This document shows, piece by piece, positions 13,080-26,070 of a DNA stretch of 64,000 nt (its first letter is position 1; each line of letters opens with the position of its first letter). Source of the DNA: Camelus dromedarius (Eukaryota); assembly GCF_036321535.1 (NCBI RefSeq), contig NC_087446.1:4342001-4406000 (forward strand), in the 5' to 3' direction. The notes below the pieces were generated by a model. It made no database searches. It was not told the DNA's origin and was given only the letters and a program-made list of their open reading frames with translations. Both the position numbers and the translations under genes were made by a program.

Positions 13080-13250
13080 CCAGCGGTTAGGAGGATGTGC
13101 TATGAATGTGGACCACCTGGGCTGTGTGATCTTGTGTGAGTTACTTAACCTCTCTGTGCCCCAGGTGTGCCTCAGCTGTAACACGGTAAAGCTATCACAT
13201 TTGACTTAATAGCTATACAGAGCCTTGCCCTCAGCAAGTGCCTGGTAGAC
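13080..13250 (+). mobile_element. MIR SINE
   Basis: 'gctgtgtgatcttgtgtgagttacttaacctctctgtgcccca'. Confidence 0.7.
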
Positions 13251-13732
13251 CGACTCTAACGGCCATCATTCTGGGACATTATGCGTTTTCTCTCCGGTGC
13301 CCTTGGTCTCCCTTGCCAATTTTAAGACTCACGGCCCCTCCAGTCCACCCTCTGCACGTCAGCAGCAGTGTCTTTTTTCTGGAAGGCACCTGTCATCATA
13401 TACTTTCCAGCTGATCAGCTATGCGTAACCCACCCTTCCCACTTCAGACGCAGCCCGACCCCTTTCCGGCCTCTCCACCTCTGCGGCCCCACCCCCGCCA
13501 CTGCTGTGCTCAGAGAGACAGTCCCGTGGCGCTGAGCCTTTGCACATGCTGTTGTCCCCTCCAGAGCCCCCACCTGGTCTCCTTCACACTTGCTGTCTCC
13601 TCAGTCAACTAATACTGTCACTATATGCATTTGCAGTGAGGAAGCTGAGTCTGAGAGGGGAAACAGCTCGCATAAAACCCTGGAACCCAGAGATGCCAGG
13701 GGAGGGGCTGGGAAACAAGCCCGCCTCGATTC

Positions 13733-14281
13733 TGTAGGGGAGGAAGAGATTTCCCTCTACCCTTCTGGGTTCTTCTGGCTGGTCTAAGAATGAAATGGAC
13801 ACGGGACAGATCAACAGGAGAAAGACGACGTTTCAGGAACATGAACACACGGGAGAGGCCCAGGAGAACTAACCCCCCACGTGGCAGAAACGCCTTCATT
13901 ACACGTCATCTTCAGCTAAAGACAGAAAAGGATGCTGGGGGGGGGGGTGTGGTTTGGGACTTCAAAGAGGAGGAAGGCAATTTACACGGAGATGGAAAAG
14001 CCAATGTTTGGAAGTAAATGTTTGTGGTTCTTGCAGAGACAGTGAGGCACAGAGTAGACTCATCTCTAGGCCTGGGTCCCCCCCACCCCGGCCCCCTTCT
14101 TTGCAGGCATCTCTGGCAATGGCTCTATTCCAGGAACAGGACCTTTATCTAAATTCTTTAGGCAGCTGAGGGGAGGTAAAAAGAAAGGCTTCCCTGAGTC
14201 TCCTGCTCCTTAAAAACAATTACCCTAAATTAATCCTCGTGGTGGAGACACATTTTGGGGTGGGAGATTTTGCTCCCAGCA
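13733..14281 (-). mobile_element. ERV1 solo LTR, MER34-like
   Basis: TG...CA termini (tgtagggga ... tcccagca); minus strand begins tgctgggagcaaaatctcccaccccaaaatgtgtc...ggattaattt, resembling the MER34 family start (aatatgccaccccaaaatatgcc...ggattattt); ~550 bp. Confidence 0.75.
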
Positions 14282-15769
14282 CTCCCAACCCCCACAGCCC
14301 CTGGCCACACGGACAAGCTCCCGGGGCTGGTGCAGTCCATAGGCTGAGCACCTGCGGGGGACCTGGCGCCGTGGTGTTTGTGAGGATGCAAACTCAAGTC
14401 CCAGGTGCAAGCTGGACCCCAGAGGGCGGGCCCCAGAGATACCAGCCCGCCTTGTTCACCACATCAAACTGCGAACTGCTGCTACTCCGAGGGTCCCCCA
14501 CCCCGGATTCCTCCCGGGGACTCCTGTCCTCTTGGGTCTATACCCTCAATGTGCACATCCGCCCCCACAAGCTGCAGTCACACGAGACTGTATCCTGTCC
14601 CCAGGTTCTCTGGGCATTCAGACCCCTCTCTGCTTTGCCCGGGCTGGTCCCTCCTCCCCGTTCCTCTCCCCTGGGACGCTTGTTAAAATCCCACCCCTCC
14701 CCGAAGGCGCGGCACAGCAGTAGGAGCCGCCCTTCCTGTGCGACCCCAGCACTTCCTTCAATTTCCAGGTCAGTGCTTCTGCTCTGTCTCCAGACTGCAG
14801 ACCCCTAGGCAGGGCTGAGGGCTCGCCCCTCCGCTGGCTCCCCATGGCTACAGGGCCTGGCTGGGTGGCCACGGAGAACAGGGCACCGCAAGAAAGGACA
14901 ATCATCTCACAGGAAAAACGGGAGGGCAAGGGACACCCTTGCTGAGTGTATGACGTTTAAGCCGAGACCTGCTGGAGCTGGCCAGGGGAAGTCAGGGAAC
15001 AGCATCCCAGGGAGAGGGAACGGCATGTGCGGAGACCTGGGGACGGGCTGGTGTGAGCTCACCTGCTGTCACCCGGATTCTCCGAAATGCTGGGCTCGCT
15101 AGCACGGCGAAATAGATCCCCTATGTCATCCCATGTACAGTCAAGAAGGCTGAGCTCGGGGATACAGAGTGACTTGTCGATGGTCACACAGCAAAGGCAG
15201 AGGGGGCACAGAGGCAGACCTGGGACCCCACCCCCTGCTATTTCCACCCCAAGGCACGGCCTGCATAGTGTTTGCATGTGGAGCTAGCAAATATTGGATT
15301 CTCTGCTCTTAGAAGCAGAGAAGCCCCACCCTTAGGAGGCTGCAGGTGCCCAGCTGCCCTTGCTCGGCTGGGATGCCGTGGGCCTTCCTAAGAAGTGAAT
15401 GTTTAGCATCCATTATTTCCTGACTCACTGGCGTCATTTTGCCTCAGCGAGCACTTCAGAACTGAGTATTTCCTCCAAGAGCTGCAGGCAGCTCCCCGAG
15501 GAGCCGGTGCGCTCGATTTCTGCCTCACTCCGTGATGCTGCGTTTCTGCAGTTGGAAGGCTTCTGGGCTCTGATGATTTTTTAATGCATTTATAATCGAA
15601 TTGAATTTCCAACGCTGGGGGAGCTCCTGGATGCACTGGTCCAGGATCAGAGAGCCTCCTTGTAGGAGCAGTGCTTGCATCTCAGCCTTCGCCTGCTGCC
15701 AGTACCACCTGGGGACAGCCAGCCATGGTTTAGGGGACCACAAGGGATGGCCTTGTCCTCTGCAAGAGG

Positions 15770-15990
15770 TGGTGCTGGAGAATGGGCAATTGGGCTGCTT
15801 GGGTTCAAATCCCAGCTCTACTGTCTACCAGCCCTCCAACTCTGGGTGAGCTAATTCACTTGTCTGAGCCTTGGTTTTCTCATCTGTAAAATGGGCAAAA
15901 TGATGCAGGTTTTCCACGAGGAGTGAATGAAATAATCCTCGAGCAGTTCTCAGCACGGGGCATGGCGCAGGCTGAGCACCCACAAGCGCT
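15770..15990 (+). mobile_element. MIR SINE
   Basis: 'gggttcaaatcccagctctac...ctgagccttggttttctcatctgtaaaatggg' (B box plus core). Confidence 0.8.
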
Positions 15991-16434
15991 AGCTGTCTGT
16001 GGGGATGTAATTCTGGAGTACACACGCAGGGCCAAACTCATCGCCATCAAATGGCCCAGCGACCAGGGATCCGTTCCAGCCCCGGGGCCTGAGTGAGCCC
16101 TCTCCCACCCGCCTCACCCTCTTCCTCCATGGTCTCACGCCTGCTTCCTCGCTGGACCTCACACATCCCTGGGCCCGTCCGGCCTCAGGGTTTGCACTTG
16201 CTGTCTCCTCTGTTCCTTTCCCCTGCTTGCCCACCCCTCCCCAACCCCAGGGCTGGCCCCTCCTCATCCTCAGGTTCAGCCTCGCTGCCACCTCTTGGAG
16301 AAGCCTCTTTGACCCCTCCGTGCTTCTCTGTGCAGCAGCCACTATGACCCCCGTCTCCTCTTCTAACATTAAGTCTGCGGCAGCTCACTCTGGAAGCAGG
16401 CCGGCCACTTCTTTTCAGTTTCTCCCCACCTCTC

Positions 16435-16700
16435 CTTTTTAATTAAAAAAGCTACATATGCACATGATTATGTATTATGCATATGCAAATCTTACAGAAC
16501 TGTGTAGAATGAAGAGTAAAAGCCGCCTCCACTCCATCCCAGCTCGCAGACCCTCTCCCGTGAGCTAGCGGCTGTTCTCCGCTTCCCTTTATAACTTCAA
16601 ATAATACACTTCCACCTCTTTCTTATCGACTTCACACAGTATCTGTGGCTGCTGCTCTGAAATGCCGCCTCCTTCACCCACGCTCCCCCCACCCCCTGCC
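16435..16700 (-). mobile_element. Old L1ME/HAL1 3' fragment
   Basis: 'aattaaaaaagctacatatgcacatg...tagaatgaagagtaaaagcc' resembles L1ME 3' ends. Confidence 0.45.
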
Positions 16701-16729
16701 TCTCCACCCCCCATTGGTATTTGCTCCTC

Positions 16730-17230
16730 GGCACCAACTCCATTGACTCCAGGATTTACAACATAGACTTCCGGTTATGGTCCTGGCCCTGCCATCGCCT
16801 CTGACTCCAGTCTCCTCTGCCTGTATCTTCCACACCAAGCCAGCAGCCAGAGGGAGCTTACCGGGTCAGGACTCTCCTCTGCTTAAAATTCCCGACACAC
16901 ACTGATGGCACTTTCAGTCCAGCTCAGACTCAGCTGTGCCCTCCAGAGCAGTGTGACCTGGCCCTGGGGTCTCTGTCACCCTCCATGTCCCTCTCCCCAC
17001 CCTCCGGGACCCCCAGCCCAGCCTCACTGGCCCTCTCTCAATTCCTCGAGCCTGGTCCTGCACCGGCTGTTCCCGGGGCAGGAAGCCTGTCCACCTGCTG
17101 CTCCTTGCCACTCTCTCCTGGCTTTACATCCACCCCCGGGCGCCGCCTGGCACGTGTCCATTCTGGGGCGCTCCCTCCAAATGCCCTCCACCCGACGGCT
17201 CTGGGCAGTTCTTGGTCACGCTGGTGTTTC
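16730..17230 (+). mobile_element. L2 internal fragment
   Basis: 'ttccacacc...gcagccagaggga...ctcctctgcttaaaattccc...gtgtgacctggccc' L2 ORF2/3' motifs. Confidence 0.55.
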
Positions 17231-17849
17231 TCTCCTGTGTTGCTGCGTTTCCTTTTGACCCCCTGACCCAACCACGGGAGGAGGAACCCATCACCCCAGC
17301 ACTTCTGACTCTCAGTGGGCACCGGGCAGAGTTAAATGAACCCACGAGCAAAAATGTCAACCTCAGTTTCTCGATTTGCCAACTCCGGGCAGCACTGAGG
17401 GGCGAAACACACCCCTCGCCTCCTCATCCCCTGCTGCTCCTCCGCTGGGGCTGCTCCACTGGCCAGCGGGACAGAATCTATGATCCAGGGGAAACAAACG
17501 ATAATCATCTGTGTGTGCTTTGTGGTGGATCACGTCTACAGCAGGGAATTAATAAATAGGCCTTATGAAGTTAGCACCCTATAAATGTTATTCCCCGAGG
17601 AGCCGAGAGGTGTGACTGGACTTGCAGACTAGGAAGCGTGATCCCAACTCTTGAAAACACGCCTCTGGGTGGAGAAACTGCCTGGAGCCAAGCACCATGT
17701 GCACCTTGTGCCCTGCCTTGGGGTGTCTGCTGCCCCCGCGGCCTCGGCAGCCCCAGCCCCCGGTTTGATCACAAGCAGCTGAGCGCGTGTGCACGCGCAG
17801 CCCGGGCTCAGGTGTGCACGCAGGGCGTGGGGTCAGCCAGCCGCCCTCC

Positions 17850-18430
17850 TCCTGATGCGTGGAAGCCTTCGTCCTGCGGATGGCTCAGCTTGTGCAGAGC
17901 TTGGTTCAAAACCTCTGCCTTCCGGACTTTGCGGACTTTGCGGACCTTGCTCTGCTGTCTTCCAGGATGTCTTCCTGGCCGATGGGGAGAAATCTGACCC
18001 GTGCACGCGCTGGTGTGGGACTGCGTTCTCGCAGAGTGAGCTTTTAGGGTGTCCTCTTCTTGGTGCCGTTCTGAATTTCACCGGGCGTGGGTGTTTGCCC
18101 AGTGTTAGTCCTGCTCCACTCTCACCGCACGTTTGATCTGTAAACGTGAGTCTGGCTGCAGCTCGCGGGACACGTTACTTCCATCGCTATTTCTTAAGCT
18201 CTGGTTTCTCTTCCTCCTTGTCCCCGCGCTCCCGGGAGCTGCTCCCGGGAGCTGCTCCCAGATGCTCGTGAATCTCGAGATCAAATGTCCGCCTCCCTAG
18301 GCCCCTCTGCTCACTCCTGTCCCTTATGTCACTTTGTCCTGCGTTCGGAGGTTCCTTCACGGGGGTTTCTTCCAGAACACCAGCCTGAACTCCTGGTGAG
18401 CCCACGTGGTTATTAACGCGGCTGTTGGGC
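17850..18430 (-). mobile_element. Ancient L1M/HAL1 ORF1-region relic, GC-shifted
   Basis: motif order 'ttggttcaaaacc...ttgctctgctgtcttcca...gagaaatctga...gcttttagg...ttctgaatttcac...tttgatctgtaaac' is collinear with antisense L1M ORF1 and with the copy at ~32260-32900. Confidence 0.55.
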
Positions 18431-20269
18431 TGTTTCTGTGAATGTCAGAGCTCTTCAGCGTGCTGAACATTCACCCGCTCTGTCCTGCCTTTCTCCCCTC
18501 CCATCACTCAGCACCCAGGCAGGACCCGCCCAGGGACTCTGCCCCTGGGTTGGGGGAGGGGAGGACGGTCAAAGGTCACAGTCACCAGCAATTCTGGTTA
18601 ATAAGAGAGAGGAAGACCAGATGAGTCCCCCTCATTCCAAATGCACCCCCGACTACTGCAGCCTGACAGCCCCAGCCTTTGTTCTCTCACCAGGGAGACC
18701 CATGCTTCTTCTCAGCCTGGCTGGGCTTCACTCTCCTCCAGGCTCTCCAGCCTGATGCTTCTAACCCTCAGGGGAGCCATCTGCAGGTCCCTTCCTCCCG
18801 TGCCAGCCCCGCTCGGCGTTCATCCTCTCCACCTGCACGTGTTGGGTTCTTAGCAGCCCAGGACGCGGAGGGCGAGGTCCCAGAGCCCCGTGTGCCGAGT
18901 TGGGCGGGAAGCCTGCCCGAACAGCGTGACTTGGCTATTTTTCCTGGCAAGTGGATTGACGAGGGTTTTGTTTCTTTCCCCCAAAGTGAATATTAAGGGC
19001 TTGCTTTTCTCCCCAGCTTAATTGGAAGGACCCAGGTGCCTGTCACCCAGTCGTCTGTCGAGCATGGGGGTTCACCCACTCCCTGGACTGGGCCGGGCGG
19101 GACGCGGGCCGGGGGAGACAATGGGTTTGTTTGTCTTCTGGACAGTGGTCAGATGGTGGCCTGCCCGCTGCGTTATTGCTCTGTTTCCCAGCCTGGAACC
19201 CCTGGCCGGGGTGAGGCATTGCCTCCATGCTAGTTTGCTTTCTGGGACCCCATCCTGGGCAGAGTTTGGGGAGCCTCCTGCTGCCCCCACCCCAGGCATG
19301 AAGTGTGCTACCCCACAGCGCCTGTTCCCGAGGCCCCTGTGCGTCTCCTGCCCAGAACGGTGAGGGCCCCAAAGGCACATGGCTCGGGCCAGCCTGTCCG
19401 GCTTCTCCGCTCCTGCAGCGCCTGGGGCTCAGGACGCGCCTCTGGACCAGCAGGAACATCACTGTTCTCACTGTCGTCAGTGAGTCTGCAAGGGGACAAC
19501 CAGGGTCTCATGGAAAATTACCCAGAGGGACCAGAGGGCAGGCAGGAAGTACCGGCCAGGCGCCCCGAGCAGTGCCTGTGCCTCTGCCCGAGTTCCTCCA
19601 AACCCCCAGGTCCGGCGCTCTTCCCACCCACCTTCAGACGAGGACACACACCGTGCTCACAGGGGCAGGCAGGTGGCAGTGCCGCCAGGCCCACCTGTCA
19701 GCCTTCAACTCCATCAGTGGAAAAACTCTATGTAACTGACATCTTGCAAAGACCATTTACTGGTGCCTGAGACCCACAGAAGGGAAAGGGGGCTGCCTGG
19801 AGCCACCTGGGGGCGGCTGTCCAAGGGGCTTGGGAGGCTAGGAAGGGGGCCCACAAAGACTGGGTTTGGGGAAATGGCAAACAGCTGGAGTAGCTGGAAC
19901 GGAGCTCAGGTGGAGGAGAGGAAGGGGCTGAGGCTGGGGCTTGGCTCTCAGAGGCTCGAGTGACACAATCAAGTCTGCATCTTAAAAATCACTTTGTGCA
20001 TAGAGGGAAGGGTGACAGGAATGTCACCTGCAGGAGCCCAGGCCAGTGTCAGCTGGCACTGAGGGCTCTGGGGTGGCCAGACCTGGAAGCCGGACTCCCG
20101 TTTCCTCTTGTTTCCCTTTCTCTGACTCTTTCTTCCTTCCAGTGCCTACCTCTACCCACCCTGTGTCCCAAGGGAACAACCAGGATGTAGGAGAAAGAGA
20201 AGTTTGGCCAAGAATCACTAGACTCTGCTTTAAAACTGACTTTCAACATGCTGTGCGACCTTCAGGAAG

Positions 20270-20380
20270 TGACTCGACTTCTCTGAGCCACAGCTCTTGT
20301 CTGTCTGAAAATGCAAACAGTATTCCTGCCACCAGAAGCTATTGTGAGGGCCCAACAGGTGATAAATGAGAACAGAGCTT
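20270..20380 (+). mobile_element. MIR SINE fragment
   Basis: 'cttctctgagccacagctcttgtctgtctgaaaatg...gctattgtgaggg'. Confidence 0.55.
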
Positions 20381-20979
20381 GTGACCTGGAGGCAGGTGAC
20401 TGCAGGGAGGCGGCTCATCAGGGCCACATCAGCATTCATCAATTCTGCCATCCATATGGATGTCTTGCCCTGTAGAAAGAGGGGGAGGGAGGGTGGCCGG
20501 CCACCCCTTCTGGCCTCTCCCATTGGCCGTGGGCTCCAGGTTCAGGCCATCAGCATTGGATGTGATCAGTTGATTTGATTCATGTACCTTCTACTCAGCA
20601 CCCCTCCACAGAGGGGACTGTGGGCTGGAGGCATTATAATCAAGTTGGAGGGAAGCTGACTGCATTAATGAAAATCATTACACTCCTGGCAGCTAATCTG
20701 GGCGGAGTTGACAGGGAATGACTGTGAATTCCTCCTTTGACTGTTCTGTTCTCCGGCGAGAATACTTTCAAATGGCCTGGGGGTTGGGGGAGGCCGAACT
20801 CTCACAACCACCCGGCCCTCCCCAGTGCGTTGCAGACAGCGGAGGGGGGCGCGGAGCCCGCCTGCCTTTCCCAGCTGCTGTCCGCACATCCCCCTCCCCA
20901 ACCACCTCTGTCCATCCTTCTCCTTCTCAGAAAGGCTGCTCAGGCTCTAACAAAGCCCCCCTGCCAGATGCCAGCTCCA

Positions 20980-21540
20980 GGCCTCCTCACGGGTGCTGGA
21001 CCGAACTTCCCGAGACCCACTTCGGCCCAAGTCCTTCCCTCCTGCTGAAAACTCTTCCGTGGCTCCTCGCCATCCCCAGGGTTAAAACCCACACGCCTGC
21101 GAGGGCCCGTCTGCTCTGCTCCCCCAGCCCACGCCCCCTCCCGCTGACCTCAGCAGCCCCTCCCTGAACACGATCCCGTGTCCGGGCCTCAGCCACCTGG
21201 ACGTCCACCCCTCCGTGCCCTTGCCCGCCCTGCTTCCTCCACCCGGACTCCCTCCCTCCCTCATTCCCCTGGTCAACTCCTGCTTGACTTTTAATACTCA
21301 CCTCCTGCCTCCGTTTCCCTGGGAAGCACCTCCCAGTTCCCCGGCCACCCCCACGGCCACCCGTCCACTCCTCGGGGGTCCCGTGGCCACCTGCAGGTCC
21401 CTCTCCTCCCCAAGCTCCAGCTAATCTATGCTCATCCGTGCTTTGTGCTTGTCTCCCCAGACCGATTGGGGTTCCCCGGTTCACCCACTTCTGCGGCCCC
21501 AGGGACTGGCTCACAATAGGTGCCCAGTGAGGAGCTGCTG
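20980..21540 (+). mobile_element. L2 LINE 3' portion
   Basis: 'ctcctgctgaaaactcttccgtggctcctc...cacctcctgcctcc...gggaagc...ggctcacaataggtgcccagt'. Confidence 0.6.
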
Positions 21541-24500
21541 ACTCCGAAAACTTTGCTGGGCAGTGGAGACCGCCCCTCGAGGAGCCCCCAGCGTGGCCAC
21601 AGACACAAGACCCCAGCGGTTGCCACCTGAGGCCAGGGCAAGAGGAAACAGCAGAGTCATGGCGATGCCGGCATGTGGCCTCTGCGTTCCTGACATCTCA
21701 AGGCTGCAGGCAGCTCTGAGCTTAGCCTGTCCCCCACCCCATGCGCACATCAGGCAGAAGTCACACACCTCACCATCTACTCAGGCAGGCTATTCTTACG
21801 GAGGACAGCTCTGCCTTCCAGAAAGTTCCTCCTTAGATAGAGCCCCCTCCTGAGGGGCTTCCCCATCACTGTCCTCCAGGCACAGGTGGGCTCCGACTCC
21901 CCGTGAAGGCCATCTGACAGGAAGGCATCCAGCTTTGCCGCACTGGTCTCTTTCCAAAGTGTGCGCGCTGGCGGGGGAGGTCCTCCCGCACTGGGGGTGC
22001 GGAGCCTCCTGCCTTCCCCACCCACGGCCGTGAGGGAAGGGCTGCGGCTTCGCGCTGGCCGGTGCTGGGCCCCTCCCCAGCCCGGGCTTTTCCCACTCGC
22101 TGGTGGAAACCATCCTCCGAAAAGAAATGGGTTTGAGTCCCACGGCTGCCGCTTACCCACAAGGTGAACTCCAGGAAGTGCCCGTAGCTCTCTGAGCTTC
22201 AGGGGGTGGCAGCATCACCTGGGGGGTCTGTTAGCACCAGGCAGCAAGTGAGTATCAAAGCCCAGCTCTGGTGCCTTTCTGGGTGGGGAAGTTTAGCACC
22301 TACTGTGTAGCTGTCAGTGCCCCAGGCGGGCACTTGCCCTGGGCTTATGGCCCAGTGCAGGGGGCAGACGTTAGCTGTCCAGGGCAGTGAGCAGCTACAA
22401 AGCAGGTAACTGCTCACCAGGGAGGGAGGGGGGCTTTTCTGAGGTGCGATCTAAAGGATGGACAGGACTTAACAGGAGAGGAGGGAAAGAGGGAGGAAGA
22501 GCATTCTAGACAGAGGGAATGGCACGTGCAAAGGTCCTGGGGTGCAAAGGAACCTAAAGTGTCCAGGAAGCTAAAAGCTCAGAAAACAGAGTGGGGCAGG
22601 ATGTGTGCTATGGCTGGAGAGGTGAGCAGTGGCCAGTCCCCACCAAGCCTTACATAGGGCTTAGCATGAGGGCCACCACATGTCCAGGGTGGCTCTGGCG
22701 AGGCCCATTCACACCTGTAATCCTGAGTTTATTAACATCTCTCTCTTTTACATCCAAGAGTAAAGTCCCAGTTTAGATAGTGCATTATAAATCTGTGGTG
22801 GATTTGGGTGTTTATCCTCTGGGAAGGTGCTGGTGGATCTCAAAGGGGATTTGGGGAAGCAGGGAACCAAACTGGAGGTTGTGGTGGTTCAGCCCCGGGT
22901 GTGGCTAGTGTGTGGGAAGCGGTGATGAGAACCCACTTGGCCCCTCCTACCTCCTGCCCACCTCCCCAGGCCCGCCCCCGTGCACATGCGCACCACGAGT
23001 GTGCACGCATCCCTCCCCCCACACACACCGGACACACACGCACCCGCCCTGGGAGCCATCAGGGCGTGCTCCTTACTGGCGAGTGTGTGGTCTGCACCCC
23101 TTCAGCTTCCTGTGGCTGTTTTCCACGTCCCCCCCACCCCCCGGGGGCTCTCCCTGTGGGCCAGCTGAGCGGCACTGGCTGGAGTGCCTGAGGCTTCATT
23201 TGCATTAAACTCAATGCCGCCCACAGCACACAGGGGCAGGGTCCCATCCCTACTCACCCTTGTCCCCTAAGGCTGAGGGTAGGTCGGCCACCTTGGGGAG
23301 GGGAGGTCACTGCCAGGAGCCTCCTGCACAGGTGAGGCTCAGTGACCCCTAGGCGGGGCAGCCCACCCTCCTGGGCTGTAATGACAACATCTGCATTGAC
23401 CACGGCGCCCTCTGCCCTGGTGCAGTGGTTCACAGGTCACAGGACAGGTGCCCCGGGCCTCACATCCTCACTGAGGTCACACAGCCATCAGCTGAGCTGG
23501 AACAGGAGCCTGGCCTGGGGAACCCCGGCCCGGACCTCTTCCCAGGACCACTTCCCTCCCAAGCCAGCGGAAGTCCTGCCCTCAGGGGAGGGGCGGTGGG
23601 AGGAAGCATCCAGGAACCCCTACGCAGGTTACTACCTGCCCAGCCCAGAGATCCAGGCAAACGAGAGCGTTGCCCCATGACCCTGACAACAGGTTAAACA
23701 CACACACATGCACGTGCACACTCATGTACAACGCCAGAACCACCCAGGCGCTCCTGGGGCATCTGCCGGGAGTTCCCACTGCTCTCCTGGTCTGAGCCCA
23801 GAGACAGGGCAGCCATGAGAAGTCCCCGATCACAGCTGTTCAGTCCATGACGGAGATGCTTGTGCAACCCATCCTGGTTCACACGGCCCTCTTCCTCACA
23901 TGACCCGCTGCATCCTCACACTGGGAGCAGAGGAAGATGGGGGCAAGCACCCCAGCTCTTGGAACAGAAGGCCCAGGACAGGGAGGGGTGGCAGGGTCAC
24001 GGCCACTTACAGCTATGGGATTTGGGCAGGTCCAGTCGCCTGCTGGCCCCCAAGGCCCTCATCTGAGAAATGGTGTGATGTCAGGCCCCTCTCAGAACAG
24101 TGCAAGATCCTAGAAGCGAGGGTTGGCTGAGCACCAGGAAAGCACCAAGTGTTGTCATGAGACACCCCTCCAGGTGGCTCCCACTCTGCCACGCTGCTGG
24201 GAGGGGCTCCAGGGCTCCACTGAGATCCGGGGGTGGACGGGCCTTCCTGAGTGCAGTTCGTCCCTGTGACCCCTGCGGGGTCCCCAGCAGGCTCAGCTGA
24301 GGGCCCTCCCTTGGCAGGGGTGACTCTCCCCCGTCCTCCCTGGCTGCCTCTCCCTGCAGCCCCCAAATCATCACCAGGTCCTGCCACCCTACCTTCAGGT
24401 CACATCCCCGTGGCCCACTGCTAGGCCAGGACACACTCTCTGGTTGCTCACCTCTCACCTGCTTCCCCTCGCTCTTCTCAGTGGGCTCCCTGCTTTCCCT

Positions 24501-25929
24501 TGACCCCCAAGGGCCTCTCACACCGTCCAAGGGCTCTTTGAGAAATTGTTGGCATCAGGTAACTTCTTCTCCCGGAGCGGCTGGAACGGAGGCCTCTGTT
24601 GCACTCAGGATAATGTCTCAACACTCACCAGGGCCGCCTGGGCCTTTATGGTCCCTGCACTGGCCCCCCTCTTCATCTCAGGACCCCTCCCCACAACCCC
24701 AGCCAGGATCCAGCCACTCTGACCTCCTGGCTCTTCTTCAAGTCCTGCTCTCTGCCGTCTCCAGGGTTCTGGAAGCTCCCGGAAGTCTCCAACGCCTTGC
24801 GGCTGACTTTCCTCACCTTTCTGCCCACTTCGCACCTGACCCGTCAGAGACGCTGCCCCAGTGGGAACTGAGCGGAAACTGGAAGTCGGCGGTTTTAACG
24901 CTCTTCCGCACGAATCAGATGGGAGCCCGGGGAAATCAGCAGTTTGTAAATACGGGAATTAGGGCAATTAGCAAGGAAGTGGATTCCCTCCCAGTTAATT
25001 CAAGGCAGTTGCACTTTATCTCTCCTGAGAGTCGCTGGGGCTGCTCTCCAGAGCCAGCCCTGTGTACTGGCCTGGAGGAGCGGGGGCAGGCCAGTGAGGA
25101 CGGGACCTTGGGGAAGCCGGCAGGGCCGGGCAAATCCTGGCTGCCCTGCTCCTCTCTGTGTGACCTTGAGCAAGTCCCTTGCCTCCGAGTCTGCCTGTGA
25201 CATCCTGAAGGTACCTGGAGTGAGCTGCGCAGGGTGCCCTGGCTTTCGGTCTGCTTCCTCCCTCCCTCCCTCCAGGACACTGCGCCCTGCCAGCTACTCT
25301 GCAGGCAAATGCTCATGCTCAGGACTGGGGCAGGAGGCAGAGGGCCAAGGGGGCAAAGGAGGAAGGACAACTCTGAGCACAAGGGAGAGGGAGTCTGGGA
25401 GGCTTCACGGAGGAGGCAGCTTTGGTTGGTCTTTAAACCCAGGGATAATGTCTACAGGCAGAAGTGAAGGGAGAGGGGACGAGCCAGCCAAGGCCTGAGG
25501 CAGGAAGGAGGTGACTGGCCCTTTGAGGATTTGAACATGCTTAGAGCTACTTTAAAAGCATCCAGATGCCATTTCAGATCAACCAGCCTCCAGTGACACC
25601 CCTCCGTGTCTGGGCCTCTGTCCTGTGCTGGGGACCCAGACATGGGCCCTGTCCTCGAGGGGCTCATCTTCTGCTTCATGTCATGTGCTCCCCCCATTCT
25701 GTGACAGGGAAGCCCAGGGCTACGCTGGGTAATCAGGGAGGGCTTCCTGGAGAAGGCACCCTGAACGGAGCCTTGTAAGCCAGGCAGGCCAGGAATGAGG
25801 CACAGGGACCAGGGCACCGCAAGGCTGAGCCGCGAGAGGGGTGGGGGTGGGGTGGGCAGGAGGAGATGTGCTAAAGGCGCTGACGTTTAGCCCGTGGCTG
25901 GAACCAAGCTGAACTCTCTCTCCGTGATA

Positions 25930-26070
25930 TCCCATCATTTCCTCAGCAACCCCTCGGGCAGCTGTTATTCTGCACCATTTAGGGATGAGGACACCAGACC
26001 TGGGTGGGGGTGGGTTAGGTGACCTGCTAGAAGCTGGCAGAGCTGGGTTTTAGCCCAAGGCTGCCCCAGT
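25930..26070 (-). mobile_element. MIR SINE
   Basis: 'tcctcagcaaccc...ccatttagggatgaggacaccag...gctagaagctggcagagctggg'. Confidence 0.6.

Noticed and set aside
22160..22960. Possible hAT/MER5-type DNA transposon fragments (also ~11900-12020, ~14300-14430, ~41480-41550)
   Set aside because: Similarity too weak to assign a family or termini by eye.
24481..25200. 239-aa plus-strand ORF
   Set aside because: GTG start, partly overlaps L2-like sequence, no recognisable domain or exon structure.
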